Source: Laetmonice hystrix | Lineage: Eukaryota | Direction of reading: 5' to 3' | NCBI GenBank assembly: GCA_965235115.1 | Contig: OZ249436.1 | Span: 620,001-684,000, forward strand | DNA length: 64,000 nt | Part shown: piece after piece, positions 11,044 through 23,914 of the stretch | Layout of the letters: the number at the start of each line of letters is the position of its first letter | Numbering within the stretch: position 1 is the first letter of the stretch | The notes under the pieces: model-generated | Seen by the model: the letters and a program-made list of their open reading frames with translations, nothing else | Told to the model about the DNA's origin: nothing | Database searches by the model: none | Position numbers and translations under genes: made by a program

Positions 11044-12653
11044 ATGAGATATTTCCGTGTAGATTTTATGTAAAACATGCTCATAAACTTTCCAACGTCT
11101 CGCTTCGGGACATCTTTACTAGTAGACCCTCTGTCTTTGCTGATATAATGACATTTTGACGTTGTTGTAGGAGTGCCACATTGACAGTTTGACGTTGTTG
11201 TAGGAGTGCCACATTGGCATTTTGACGTTGTTGTAGGAGTGCCACATTGATTTAGCAAATAATGGAACGCGAGCACAGAAAGCCTCACAGAACTTTCCAG
11301 ATTAATGACCTATACGGACTGGTGTGGTATGTGCTAGCAAGATAGAATAAGCAAATAGTTCACATAGAGCATAGGAAAGCAAGGCTATTCCCGTTTGAGA
11401 TGTCTTCTTGTCCCGCCGTCTGTCTAACACAGATGGTCCAAAAATGTGAAGGCCTGAAGAGGCCAATCGTGATGTTGCCATCGCCATTTCGTGTTTCTAA
11501 GCAAAGTTTATCAGCGTACTGAATGTGGGGAATGCTCTGTCCGCCATACAACATGAGGTTCGACATGTATAAAATATGTGATCATCCATTAATGCTTACA
11601 ATAAACTTTAAAGTGAAACTTCATTTTTTCCGATACATCTGAACAGTATGTTTGACATTTGAAGGCCACATTGTGGTCACATGGGCCAAAGTCGGGGATT
11701 GGTTCGGTCACCAAGAGCAATTGTAACAATGTAAAGCTGATGTTCGATCGTCAAGTCAATTTCTGACGTGCTCATCAGCTGCGCATGCGCCGACCTCGAC
11801 CTTGACCTGTGGCCGCTGTCGTCTGCCAATGAGAATTTAGAGCAGTGTTTGGAGCGGTGTTCTGGTTCTTTCAGCGGTCCTAACGATTGGTATGAAGGTA
11901 TCTGGGGGTAGTCCACAATAGGGCGGGGTGGGTGTCATGGAATGGATGGAGAGGGTCGTAATGTGAGAGACAGGAGTCGACTGGCCGGGTAGGCAGAGTC
12001 AGCACGGTCAATACATGAGGCCGAGATGTTACTACTGGTGGATGACATTATATGCCAGTACCAATCGAATGGCCAGCGGGCAGGAGAAGGCGAGGTGAGG
12101 GCAGGAGTCTGACCCTGGAGGAGACACATTGTCCAGTAGCCATTCTGTGAATACTGAGGTTTGATGAAGCCTTCACGGGGACACACCACCTCATGGTAGT
12201 CACCAATTCAGCTTATAATCTCAACTCTCACTGAAGCGTTATAAAAACACCGGACGAGGGCCCTTCCACTGCGGGGAAGTATGAATGTATGGAACAAGAT
12301 GCCTGGCGCATGAATACGGCACGACACTGAAGATAGAGTGCCGTATTCATGCGCCATATCTTGAGTTCCATACTTTCCAACGGTGAAGGAGCCGAATTCC
12401 GTTACGTTTTTATTACCTGCGCTTGGATTAAAGGGCCAACAGTAAACAAGAATTAACAACAAATAAGCGACCATAAGATGGTATACATATAGGATGGTAT
12501 ATAGGATGGTATATAGGATGGTATATAGGATGGTATATAGGATGGTATATAGGATGCAAAATGCGTAGATAAAGAACGGATACCCCTTTTTTCAGGGGAC
12601 GATATTCAAGAGTTAAAGTGCAAAGCCTGAAGTACTGTAATAGACATTATTTT

Positions 12654-12868
12654 TCATTTGATGTATCATTATTTATCATTTGATGTATCATTATTTATCA
12701 TTTGATGTATCGTTATTTATCATTTGATGTATCATTATGTATCATTTGATGTATCGTTATTTATCATTTGATGTATCATTATTTATCATTTGATGTATCA
12801 TTATTTATCATTTGATGTATCATTACTTATCATTTGATGTATCATTATTTATCATTTGATGTATCATT
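12654..12868. repeat. 22-bp AT-rich minisatellite (TCATTTGATGTATCATTATTTA)
   Basis: Tandem periodicity. Confidence 0.9.
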
Positions 12869-13493
12869 CAGCGATATCCAAACGGAACAGGTAAACATAA
12901 TATCATCTAACTTTTTGTTAGATATCAACGTACATACTGATCATTTGATTATAAATATATTTTAGCACCGTCATCATACTAATTCCTGCGGACTACTGAT
13001 AGACGCAGAGAAAGAAACGTCTATTACAAGTCAAGCTCGGCTGGTTATAAAACATTTCTGCTATTTTTTTATATTTTGAATCCGCTTTTTCTCCGGAAAA
13101 GCACCTGCACATTGTCTTCGCTCAAATATGCGAGTGTATGATCTAAATATGGAATGTGTCTTCGAGGAGGCAGTGATGTTTTAGACAAGGAGATGTATAA
13201 ATCAGACAAAATGATGTAGCTATTTAATTGATGACATCGCAATGAAGCCGGTAAGTAATTCACCACCTTAACAGTTCTGATAAATTCTAAGCAATCTCTT
13301 TTTATATTTTACAGTCTTCCATTGCCTTGAAGTGTTTACTTATTGAACATTAAAGAAAAGTTCAAGGAGAGGAAAACTAAATGCTTTTACCAAATGAAGA
13401 TAGAAACTTTGTAATTATCGTCTCTTCGTCTTCGTTTTACCATCTCAAGAGTTCCCTAATGGTTTGATTGTCTATCTGTGCTATAATACATCC

Positions 13494-15699
13494 TTTACAA
13501 TATGTGACTCTACCATCAATAGACGGTTGATACATCCTTCATAAAACTATTTACAATATGTGACTCTACCATCAATAGACGGTTGATACATCCTTCATAA
13601 TACTATGTTTACAATATGTGACTCTACCATCAATAGACCAGGGGCGCCGCTGCCGGGGGGGACGGGGGGGGGACATGTCCCCCCCACTTTTGCTGGCGAC
13701 CTAAAAAGGTCAAAGGCTCCTTGAAGTTGAAGCTTTTTAAAGACAATGGCCCATGGAAGGCAAATTTAAGATAGATTTTGATCATTTTTAATCTTGGCTT
13801 TCGCCTATATAGGCCTATAGGCCTATGTGTTCTGGAGATAGGTCTATGCTTTGCTCTTCTATAATTAATATGGGTCTAACCGCGGCCCAGGCCCCCTACA
13901 GCTTCCCTGTGTACCTCAGTTCTACCACACTGGCGGATCCATGAGGGGCCGGGGTCACATAGGGTCTGGACCCCCCTAAAGTTTCAGGGCGCCCCTCCTG
14001 CCGTTAATGGCGCCTCACGCGCATTGTAGGGCTACACAAGACTTTTGACATCATTGGTCTTTAAATAGCTTATTTTGTGCTCCAAAATGCATCAGATTTC
14101 ACTAAATTACACCTTGAATTTGAAAATTTTCCGGGGGGGGGGATGCCCCCGGACCCCTTAGCAACGCTTTGTGTCTTCGGTGCTCGTACAGTCACTCCGG
14201 TTGCGCCCCTAAAAACGTTGGACCACCCCCCCCCTACTTAGCGCTAGGAAATCTAGGCCACGCTTTAATTATTGTCTGACAGCGTTAGGCCTGCGGCCAT
14301 CAACATCCCCCCCCCCCCATGTTGGGCCTTCCTATTTGATTTTGAAGAAAAAGACCTCATGCGTGAATGTATTCATTTATTATTAATGAGTGAGGTTTAC
14401 CAATTTTTTACTAGGCCTAGTGTGGTAGAGAGTGGCAAGTAGGATGGGGACGGTCTCTATTTTATTTGGTAAAAGTGTGTTTTAGGCTTAATCGTCAACT
14501 GTTTTTGCTTCTGATAAATATTGCTTGATACTGTTTCTTGTGATGTCAAGGGCCAGGTGGGGCCCACCTAAAAAACATTTTTAGCCTCGCTACGCTCGGC
14601 ATGATTTCATTGTAACTGTACTAATAGTAATACATCTTCATACAAAAAAGGAACATCTAAGGGGGGCAAGCCCCCTGAATCTCTCACTGATTAATACATT
14701 AATTTTGAGCAAAAGGTCGGCACCGAAAGCTCTTTAGTTTGATGCTGAGAAGCCGGGAAATAGCATCTATGGCCTTTTATATTCCCAAACATTTTCAGTT
14801 GGAGGCCCCCTCCCCTTCTCGGCGCGGGCACCTTTTGACCCCCCCCCCCCCCCTGCAAAAAAAAATCCTGGATCCGCCCCGGGGCGGGGTGAATATACTG
14901 TTATTTTGCAATTCTTATGGTACATAAATCTGGGGGGAAAAGGTCAATCACACCAAGATTGTCCCCCCCACTTTGAAACAGGCAGCGGCGCCCCTGTAGA
15001 CGGTTGATACCTCCGTCATAATACTATGTTTACAATATGTGACTCTATCATCAATAGACGGTTGATACCTCCGTCATAATACTATGTTTACAATATGTGA
15101 CTCTATCCTCAATAGACGGTTGATACCTCCGTCATAATACTATGTTTACAATATGTGACTCTACCATCAATAGACGGTTGATACAATATGTGACTCTACC
15201 ATCAATAGACGGTTGATACATCCTTCATAATACTATGTTTACAATATGTGACTCTACCATCAATAGACGGTTGATACATCCTTCATAATACTATGTTTAC
15301 AATATGTGACTCTACCATCAATAGACGGTTGATACCTCCTTCATAATACTATGTTTACAATATGTGACTCTACCATCAATAGACGGTTGATACATCCTTC
15401 ATAATACTATGTTTACAATATGTGACTCTACCATCAATAGACGGTTGATACATCCTTCATAATACTATGTTTACAATATGTGACTCTACCATCAATAGAC
15501 GGTTGATACATCCTTCATAATACTATGTTTACAATATGTGACTCTACCATCAATAGACGGTTGATACATCCTTCATAATACTATGTTTACAATATGTGAC
15601 TCTACCATCAATAGACGGTTGATACATCCTTCATAATACTATGTTTACAATATGTGACTCTACCATCAATAGACGGTTGATACATCCTTCATAATACTA
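13494..15699. repeat. 58-bp minisatellite interrupted by a DNA transposon
   Basis: TTTACAATATGTGACTCTACCATCAATAGACGGTTGATACATCCTTCATAATACTATG units lie on both sides of 13639-14996. Confidence 0.95.
13639..14996. mobile_element. Non-autonomous TIR DNA transposon (hAT-like CAG...CTG ends, 5-bp TSD)
   Basis: Perfect 16-bp TIR CAGGGGCGCCGCTGCC / GGCAGCGGCGCCCCTG. TSD TAGAC at 13634-13638 and 14997-15001, with the empty site CAATAGACGGTTG shown by neighbouring satellite units. An internal GGCGGATCC (13932) / GGATCCGCC (14870) pair may mark a nested element. No transposase ORF. Confidence 0.9.
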
Positions 15700-16370
15700 T
15701 ATTGAATCTGGTTCTCGAATTAGATCTTCCTTTTGTGAGACCGCTTTCCTTATTATTCAGTTTTCCATTGCCCGCATAGATCTACTCCCAAATATGCGAA
15801 AGTGGCTTCGCCTTGAACATGATTCCCTGCCCGCGTCTGTCGCGATGACGTCATCATTGATGCGACATTGGCCTGAGAAGTGCTGACACTGCAAACAGTG
15901 TTCATCATCTGCCTGACTGGGTTACAGGGGTATAACATTAGCGGGAATGAATCCGCATCGGACTAAACTTCTACATGAGTACAGTATACTCACATTGATC
16001 GCTCGGAGAAAACAAAACTTTCTTGATGCGGGTAAACAAGTTAGGTATCTATAGACCCAGACTATAAACGGGAATATTAGGAAATGTCGAGTCCATCGTT
16101 AAAATGGCTTCCATTGACCTAGAGGGAATTATTTGAGTGTTCGTAGCCGAGTGACCCATATAAATCTGGCCTGCGGGTGACCGTCTGTCGCATGACGACC
16201 TGGGGGAATGTTCGGGGTTTATTGTCTATGTCGCGGTCACGTGACTCAACTCCCAGAGGTATTAAAGGGGCACCTTGGCGCCACCGACATCTTGACAGAA
16301 ATTGTCGGGAGACCGCACACAGTGGCTCACCGCCGACCCACTTCTCCATCATGTCCACGACGAGAGCCTC

Positions 16371-17218
16371 ATGACGTGAATGTTTCTTCGTACACACACC
16401 ATACTGGCTGACGTGAAGCATTCGTACACACACCATACTGGCTGACGTGAAGCATTTGTACACACACCATACTGGCTGACGTGAAGCATTCGTACACACA
16501 CCATACTGGCTGACGTGAAGCATTCGTACACACACCATACTGGCTGACGTGAAGCATTCGTACACACACCATACTGGCTGACGTGAAGCACACACCATAC
16601 TGGCTGACGTGAAGCATTCGTACACACACCATACTGGCTGACGTGAAGCATTCGTACACACACCATACTGGCTGACGTGAAGTATTCACACACCATACTG
16701 GCTGACGTGAAGCACACACCATACTGGCTGACGTGAAGCACACACCATACTGGCTGACGTGAAGCACACACCATACTGGCTGACGTGAAGCACACACCAT
16801 ACTGGCTGACGTGAAGCACACACCATACTGGCTGACGTGAAGCATTCGTACACACACCATACTGGCTGACGTGAAGCATTCGTACACACACCATACTGGC
16901 TGACGTGAAGCATTCGTACACACACCATACTGGCTGACGTGAAGCATTCACACACCATACTGGCTGACGTGAAGCATTCGTACACACACCATACTGGCTG
17001 ACGTGAAGCATTCGTACACACACCATACTGGCTGACGTGAAGCATTCGTACACACACCATGCATACTGGCTGACGTGAAGCATTCGTACACACGCCATAC
17101 TGGCTGACGTGGAGCATTCGTACACACCATACTGGCTGACGTGAAGCATTCGTACACACACCATACTGGCTGACGTGAAGCATTCGTACACACACCATAC
17201 TGGCTGACGTGAAGCATT
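16371..17218. repeat. 26/34-bp minisatellite carrying TGACGTGA in each unit (about 27 copies)
   Basis: CACACCATACTGGCTGACGTGAAGCATTCGTACA repeated with short variants. Confidence 0.95.
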
Positions 17219-17367
17219 GGGAAATACGGCCTACCAGGAGGAACTCATGCTCATTTAGAAAACACATTATTTACATTGGGAGCATCAATACCCTATTATT
17301 GGGTTGACACACATCATTATAGCCCTATTTGACAGAGAACTGAACTTCAGTTCCAAAGGAATTTAAA

Positions 17368-17816
17368 GAATATATCAACTTAACCACAACCATGAATATA
17401 TCAACCTAAACACAACCATGAATATATCAACCTAAACACAACCATGAATATATCAACCTAAACACAACCATGAATATATCAACCTAAACACAACCATGAA
17501 TATATCAACCTCAACACAACCATGAATATATCAACCTCAACACAACCATGAATATATCAACCTAAACACAACCATGAATATATCAACCTCAACACAACCA
17601 TGAATATATCAACCTAGACACAACCATGAATATATCAACCTCAACACAACCATGAATATATCAACCTCAACACAACCATGAATATATCAACCTCAACACA
17701 ACCATGAATATATCAACCTCAACACAACCATGAATATATCAACCTAAACACAACCATGAATATATCAACCTCAACACAACCATGAATATATCAACCTAGA
17801 CACAACCATGAATATA
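17368..17816. repeat. 26-bp minisatellite (ATGAATATATCAACCTCAACACAACC)
   Basis: Tandem periodicity. Confidence 0.95.
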
Positions 17817-18254
17817 TTGGTATCAATACATGGATAGAGGCACTAGGAAACATAATTTTACCGAATTATAACTGTTTACCAACTCAACTGCTTTTATACT
17901 GTTCTCTGTGTTCATTTTGTTTACATTTGGGAATTTTGTTTCCCCTCTCTTCAGATCAAATATATGGCAATGTTCCAAGTAATACCGAGGGTTACCACTG
18001 AGACAATTTATAGGTTTGTTTATGGATCTTTCTCTTCCTTTGGAGAAATCGTCCAACTATGTTCCTTGCGCCCCCTGGTGTGGACATCTTATACTAATTC
18101 TAAGAATGTTGTGTATTTACCTCAAACTGGCGGAATCTGCGTGGTTTCACTGGTCTAAACGTGCCTGCATGTGGCTTCTTTGTTTGTGGTCCCTCTCAGG
18201 AAGGTAGATCTACGGTCAGGTTATCTTTCTATGGTCATACTCAGCAAAGCAACC

Positions 18255-18281
18255 CTTATATATACGGCACTGTCACGTGAC
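18255..18281 (-). promoter_or_regulatory. Candidate core promoter: palindromic E-box GTCACGTGAC plus TATATAAG
   Basis: GTCACGTGAC at 18272-18281, minus-strand TATATAAG at 18262-18255, and a downstream minus-strand donor GAG|GTAAAT at 18121/18120. Motif-only evidence. Confidence 0.25.
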
Positions 18282-18804
18282 TTAGTTCTCGCGCTGTCGA
18301 GCTCCTGTCACTCAACTGTAGACATCCTGCTCACCACGCGAGATCTCGTGCCATTCGCGTGAGCAGTTCACAGACCGCGAGAACAGACCCCTTGAGTGAG
18401 TCGGGGATGCCGTGGAGAGGGATTCCCAAAAACTACACTTCTCCTTATAAAATAAATATTGTTGTTATGAAAGAAAACGCTGTAACGAGCGTGGTATTGA
18501 CAGCATGGACGCATGCGTTCTTTAGATCTGTGTTACTTTGTGTTGTTATAAATACAACAAGCAAAGATGGACGATATTATAGCCTGCTCCCTCTGGCATG
18601 GACTACTAGTCATGTATCACAGGCCCGTCTCACGGACAGGTGGGCGCTAACGACCACACAAATTAGATAAAAACTGAGATGATTAAAAGAATATTATGTC
18701 TCATATTGTCTTGTGTGCTCTTAGTTATATTTGGTGTGATATCTGGTTGAATGATGGCAGAATGACGCAATGATACACGATTAGAGTCGGCACCCATTCT
18801 CGTA

Positions 18805-19220
18805 TAGCTCACAGTCAGTGATGACTGGAAGGAGCCGACGGTATAAACAGGGGACCTAGCTCACAGTCAGTGATGACTGGAAGGAGCCGACCGTATAAAC
18901 AGGGGACCTAGCTCACAGTCAGTGATGACTGGAAGGGGCCGACGGTATAAACAGGGGACCTAGCTCACAGTCAGTGATGACTGGAAGGGGCCGACCGTAT
19001 AAACAGGGGACCTAGCTCACAGTCCGTGATGACTGGAAGGGGCCGACCGTATAAACAGGGGACCTAGCTCACAGTCCGTGATTACTGGAAGGAGCCGACC
19101 GTATAAACAGGGGACCTAGCTCACAGTCAGTGATGACTGGAAGGAGCCGACCGTATAAACAGGGGACCTAGCTCACAGTCAGTGATGACTGGAAGGAGCC
19201 GACCGTATAAACAGGGGACC
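18805..19220. repeat. 52-bp minisatellite, 8 copies
   Basis: TAGCTCACAGTCAGTGATGACTGGAAGGAGCCGACCGTATAAACAGGGGACC repeated. Most units contain the small hairpin CAGTCA-GTGA-TGACTG. Confidence 0.95.
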
Positions 19221-19925
19221 ATTAATGACACCGAGAATCGAGCATGACTTGTCACACAGAATTACAGGCTCTTGTTTCATAGCGCAGGGATTTGGTACGG
19301 GCCGATAGCTTTCAGCGTCTCGGTGACCTGATTTGGCGGGGATTCCCTCCCACCTGATTGGACGACGAGGAGACCTAGTAATCACCATCAGGCAGTGCGC
19401 ACGTCGCGCCCAATTAAACGGTGATAGGAGATGGCCTAACGAAGGAATCAGTGGAATCGTACCAGCCTGCTCCAGCCCGATCCCTTAAAGGGCCTTGCCC
19501 ATTCGTACCATCTACCTCGCTATGTCCCTGCTATTTGTGGTGAAAATCCACGGTGAAGTGCTTGCTCTATTTCACATAATTCTGAAAATGGGTGTCATTC
19601 GTCCAACTCGAATCAGGATAGAAGCATTGGGGAAAATATCGCAATGGAGTCGCATTCAATATTGTTGTTATGGACAACCCGTTTTAGAGAACGGGACATC
19701 TCACCTTGTGGGTTCCATGGTACAACACTGGAGGACTTGCAAGGGGACATCTCACCTTGTGGGTTCCATGGTACAACACTGGAGGACTTGCAAGGAGATA
19801 ATCTCTACTCGTGGTTCTATATATTATCAGATACTGATGATTTATCATTTTAGTATGCCGGGGGTAATAATGCTACAATAGGCGTAGGAAGTCGGGCATT
19901 AAGGGGACCACTGATCACCCTAATA

Positions 19926-20535
19926 ATGTTACTGCACTGCCGGACAATATCCCTACAGGCTATAGAGATATCACTGCACTGCCGGACAATATATAGGCTA
20001 TATGTCACTGCACTCCCAGACAATATCCCTATAGGCTATTATGTTACTGCACTGCCGGACAATATCCCTACAGGCTATAGAGATATCACTGCACTGCCGG
20101 ACAATATATAGGCTATATGTCACTGCACTCCCAGACAATATCCCTACAGGCTATATGTTACTGCACTGCCGGACAATATCCCTACAGGCTATAGAGATGT
20201 CACTGCACTGCCGGACAATATATAGGCTATATGTTACTGCACTCCCAGACAATATCCCTATAGACTATATGTTACTGCACTGCCGGACAATATCCCTATA
20301 GACTATATGTTACTGCACTGCCGGACAATATCCCTATAGGCTATATGTTACTGCACTGCCGGACAATACCCCTATAGGCTATATGTTACTGCACTCCCAG
20401 ACAATATCCCTATATGCTATATGTTACTGCACTGCCGGACAATATCCCTATATGCTATATGTTACTGCACTGCCGGACAATATCCCTATAGGCGATATGG
20501 CATTGCACTGCCGGACAATTTCCCTATAGGCTATG
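19926..20535. repeat. About 38-bp minisatellite (ATGTTACTGCACTGCCGGACAATATCCCTATAGGCTAT)
   Basis: Tandem periodicity with variants. Confidence 0.9.
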
Positions 20536-21013
20536 TGTTTTTTGTGGATTTTTTTTTTATGAAATATTATTATTTAGACTCATTTCAAGCGCACGGTTCA
20601 TGACCTCACGAAAAGTGAGTCAAATATGGTCATTCAAATTGATCCATACCAAATCTCTAGGTCTTCTCGGTATAATGGAGTTTAGGCCCCCTTGGATTTT
20701 TGGCTAAGACTATACCATTGTGTCGGGGGGTGAAATACTGGCATCTGGTGATCGCCTCGGGTTGAATAGCTCCGTGCACTGATATCGTGTGACGTGAGTA
20801 GGGTGTTCACCCTCACCCCCTCCCCCAACCAACCCCCACCCCCATGGTCGAGTGAGGCGGGGTTGCATGTACTCTTTGTTAAAGAAACGGGGCGGGGTTG
20901 GACGGGGTGAGTTGAGTACACCCTCTCCTGCCAACACGCTGGAGATTATCCCAGCCACCGGCTGATAATCTCCGACAGATACCTTAATCCAAGACCACCA
21001 CAGGACGCGGTGC

Positions 21014-22340
21014 TGTACACTGAGTATAGCATACCCGGTACACTGACTACAGCATACCCGGTACACTGAGTACAGCATACCCGGTACACTGAGCACGGTA
21101 TACCCGGTACACTGAGTACAGCATACCCGGTACACTGAGTACAGCATACCCGGTACACTGAGTACAGCATACCCGGTACACTGAGCGCGGTATACCCGGT
21201 GCACTGAGCACAGTGTACCCGGTACACTGAGCACGGTATACCCGGTACACTGAGCACAGTGTACCCGGTACACTGAGCACGGTATACCCGGTACACTGAG
21301 CACAGTGTACCCGGTACACTGAGTACGGCATACCCGGTACACTGAGCGCGGTATACCCGGTGCACTGAGCACAGTGTACCCGGTACACTGAGCACGGTAT
21401 ACCCGGTACACTGAGCACAGTGTACCCGGTACACTGAGCACAGTACACCCGGTACACTGAGCACAGCATACCCGGTACACTGAGCACAGAACACCCGGTA
21501 CACTGAGCACGGTATACCCGGTACACTGAGCACGGTATACCCGGTACACTGAGCACAGTATACCCGGTACACTGAGCACGGTACACCCGGTACACTGAGC
21601 ACAGTGTACCCGGAGCACAGTACACCCGGTACACTGAGCACAGTATACCCGGTACACTGAGCACAGAACACCCGGTACACTGAGCACGGTGTACCCGGTA
21701 CACTGCGCACGGTATACCCGGTACACTGAGCACAGTGTATCCGGAGCACAGGACACCCGGTACACTGAGCACGGTATACCCGGTACACTGAGCACAGTGT
21801 ACCCGGAGCACAGTACACCCGGTACACTGAGCACAGCATACCCGGTACACTGAGCACAGTGTACCCGGTACACCGAGCACAGTACACCCGGTACACTGAG
21901 CACGGTACACCCGGTACACTGAGCACGGTATACCCGGTACACTGAGCACAGTGTACCCGGTACACTAAGCACGGTACACCCGGTACACTGAGCACGGTAT
22001 ACCCGGTACACTGAGCACAGTACACCCGGTACACTGAGCACAGTACACCCGGTACACTGAACACGGTATACCCGGTACAGTGAGCACGGTATACCTGGTA
22101 CACTGAGCACGGTATACCTGGTACACTGAGCACGGTATACCCGGTACACTGAGCACGGTATAACCGGTACACTGAGCACGGTATAACCGGTACACTGAGC
22201 ACAGTATAGGCCTACCCGGTACACTGAGCACAGTACACCCGGTACACTGAGCACAGTATACCCGGTACACTGAGCACAGTATACCCGGTAAACTGAGCAC
22301 GGTTTCTACGCCTACCTGGTACACTGAGCACGGTGTACCC
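21014..22340. repeat. 23-bp quasi-palindromic minisatellite (CCGGTACACTGAGCACAGTGTAC)
   Basis: More than 50 tandem units. Source of the spurious 514/418/300-aa ORFs. Confidence 0.95.
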
Positions 22341-22670
22341 GCACCCTGAGTGCTGTCAATGTTAACTCGATCACCGCTCCCTCATCTATCCTGATCTAGA
22401 ACAGGCTCTGCCATGTCGTAGACAGGAACATGGGAACATCAGCAAGCCACCCGCGGAACCTAAGCCATTTCTACAGTAGGTTTTACAACATTTAGTTCAG
22501 CTAAAAACACACTTGACGCAATACAACGCGATAAATAAATGGCTTGAATGTATTTGAAATGAAAATTCCCCCGACGCGAAGCTTTAGGTAAGTTATTGAA
22601 AACGAGGATCATTTTACGATTGCCTCACATTGCGTGCCGTAACGTCTCCTACCTACGATAAGTTTTTACC

Positions 22671-22962
22671 CAGAACGTGTTTAGACACAGAAAGGAACAG
22701 GAACAGAACGTGTTTAGGAACAGAACGTGTTTAGGAAGAACAGAACGTGTTTAGGAACAGAACGTTTTTAGGAACAGAACGTGTTTAGACACAGAACGTG
22801 TTTAGGAACAGATCGTGTTTAGGAACAGAAAGTATTTAGGAACAGATCGTGTTTAGGAACAGATCGTGTTTAGGAACAGAAAGTGTTTAGGAACAGATCG
22901 TGTTTAGGAACAGAACATGTTTAGACACAGAACGTGTTTAAGAAGAACAGAACGTGTTTAGG
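22671..22962. repeat. 17-bp minisatellite (GGAACAGAACGTGTTTA)
   Basis: Tandem periodicity. Confidence 0.9.
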
Positions 22963-23207
22963 ATCCGTTTCGAAGTATTGCTGTCCTGTAAGCCTAATAT
23001 TTTTAAGATGCAACCACATAAACCTGCAAAGGTAGTCCCAAGGCTCATAACCTCACAAACCTACTCATGTAATTAGGGCCTACTCTCTGATGTAGGCCAA
23101 GGCTCGCATTTAACATGCAGGCAGTTAACCAGATAGTCCTGGCATACGTGGTTATCCTGAGATATCAGAACTTTGTCCTTATACACGTCCGTCAGTAAAG
23201 CAGGATT

Positions 23208-23550
23208 TGTGACGGATGATACCATCACAACAGATGTGACGGATGATACCATCATTGTGACGGATGATATCATCATTGTGACGGATGATACCATCATTGT
23301 GACGGATGATACCATCATTGTGACGGATGATACCATCATTGTGCCGGATGATACCATCATTGTGACGGATGATACCATCACAACAGATGTGACGGATGAT
23401 ACCATCATTGTGACGGATGATACCATCATTGTGACGGATGATACCATCATTGTGACGGATGATACCATCATTGTGACGGATGATACCATCATTGTGACGG
23501 ATGATACCATCATTGTGACGGATGATACCATCATTGTGACGGATGATACC
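23208..23550. repeat. 21-bp minisatellite (GTGACGGATGATACCATCATT)
   Basis: Tandem periodicity. Confidence 0.95.
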
Positions 23551-23594
23551 TGACTGGCCGCTAATAATTGGACATGCGACGCTTGCCCGTATCA

Positions 23595-23780
23595 GTAGGC
23601 CTAGTCGTGGGTAGGCCTATAGGCCCTATACTTGCCCGTATCAGTAGGCCTAGTCGTGGGTAGGCCTAGTCGTGGGTAGGCCTAGTCATGGGTAGGCCTA
23701 GTCGTGGGTAGGCCTAGTCGTGGGTAGGCCTAGTCGTGGGTAGGCCTAGTCGTGGGTAGGCCTAGTCGTGGGTAGGCCTA
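23595..23780. repeat. 16-bp minisatellite (GTCGTGGGTAGGCCTA)
   Basis: Tandem periodicity. Confidence 0.9.
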
Positions 23781-23914
23781 GGCGCTATACTTTGTAATTC
23801 ACCTGTATCATATAGCATCGTCATTATCTGGATCTTTTGCTTTCATATAGGAATACATGTAATTATAAGATCCAAAATTTCAGCAAAGAATGGACTAAAG
23901 GAAAGTTGTCTCGG

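Noticed and set aside
11935..12474. Minus-strand ORFs (84 and 88 aa) with a signal-peptide-like start or a faint LINE endonuclease resemblance
   Set aside because: No recognisable motif set and no consistent splice structure. Would need tBLASTn support.
16119..17267. Cys/Val-rich ORFs of up to 280 aa
   Set aside because: Minisatellite translation artefacts.
20710..22324. 514/418/300-aa Cys-rich ORFs, or a CRISPR-like palindromic repeat array
   Set aside because: A stop-free 23-bp satellite. Units are contiguous with no unique spacers, there are no cas genes, and the context is eukaryotic.
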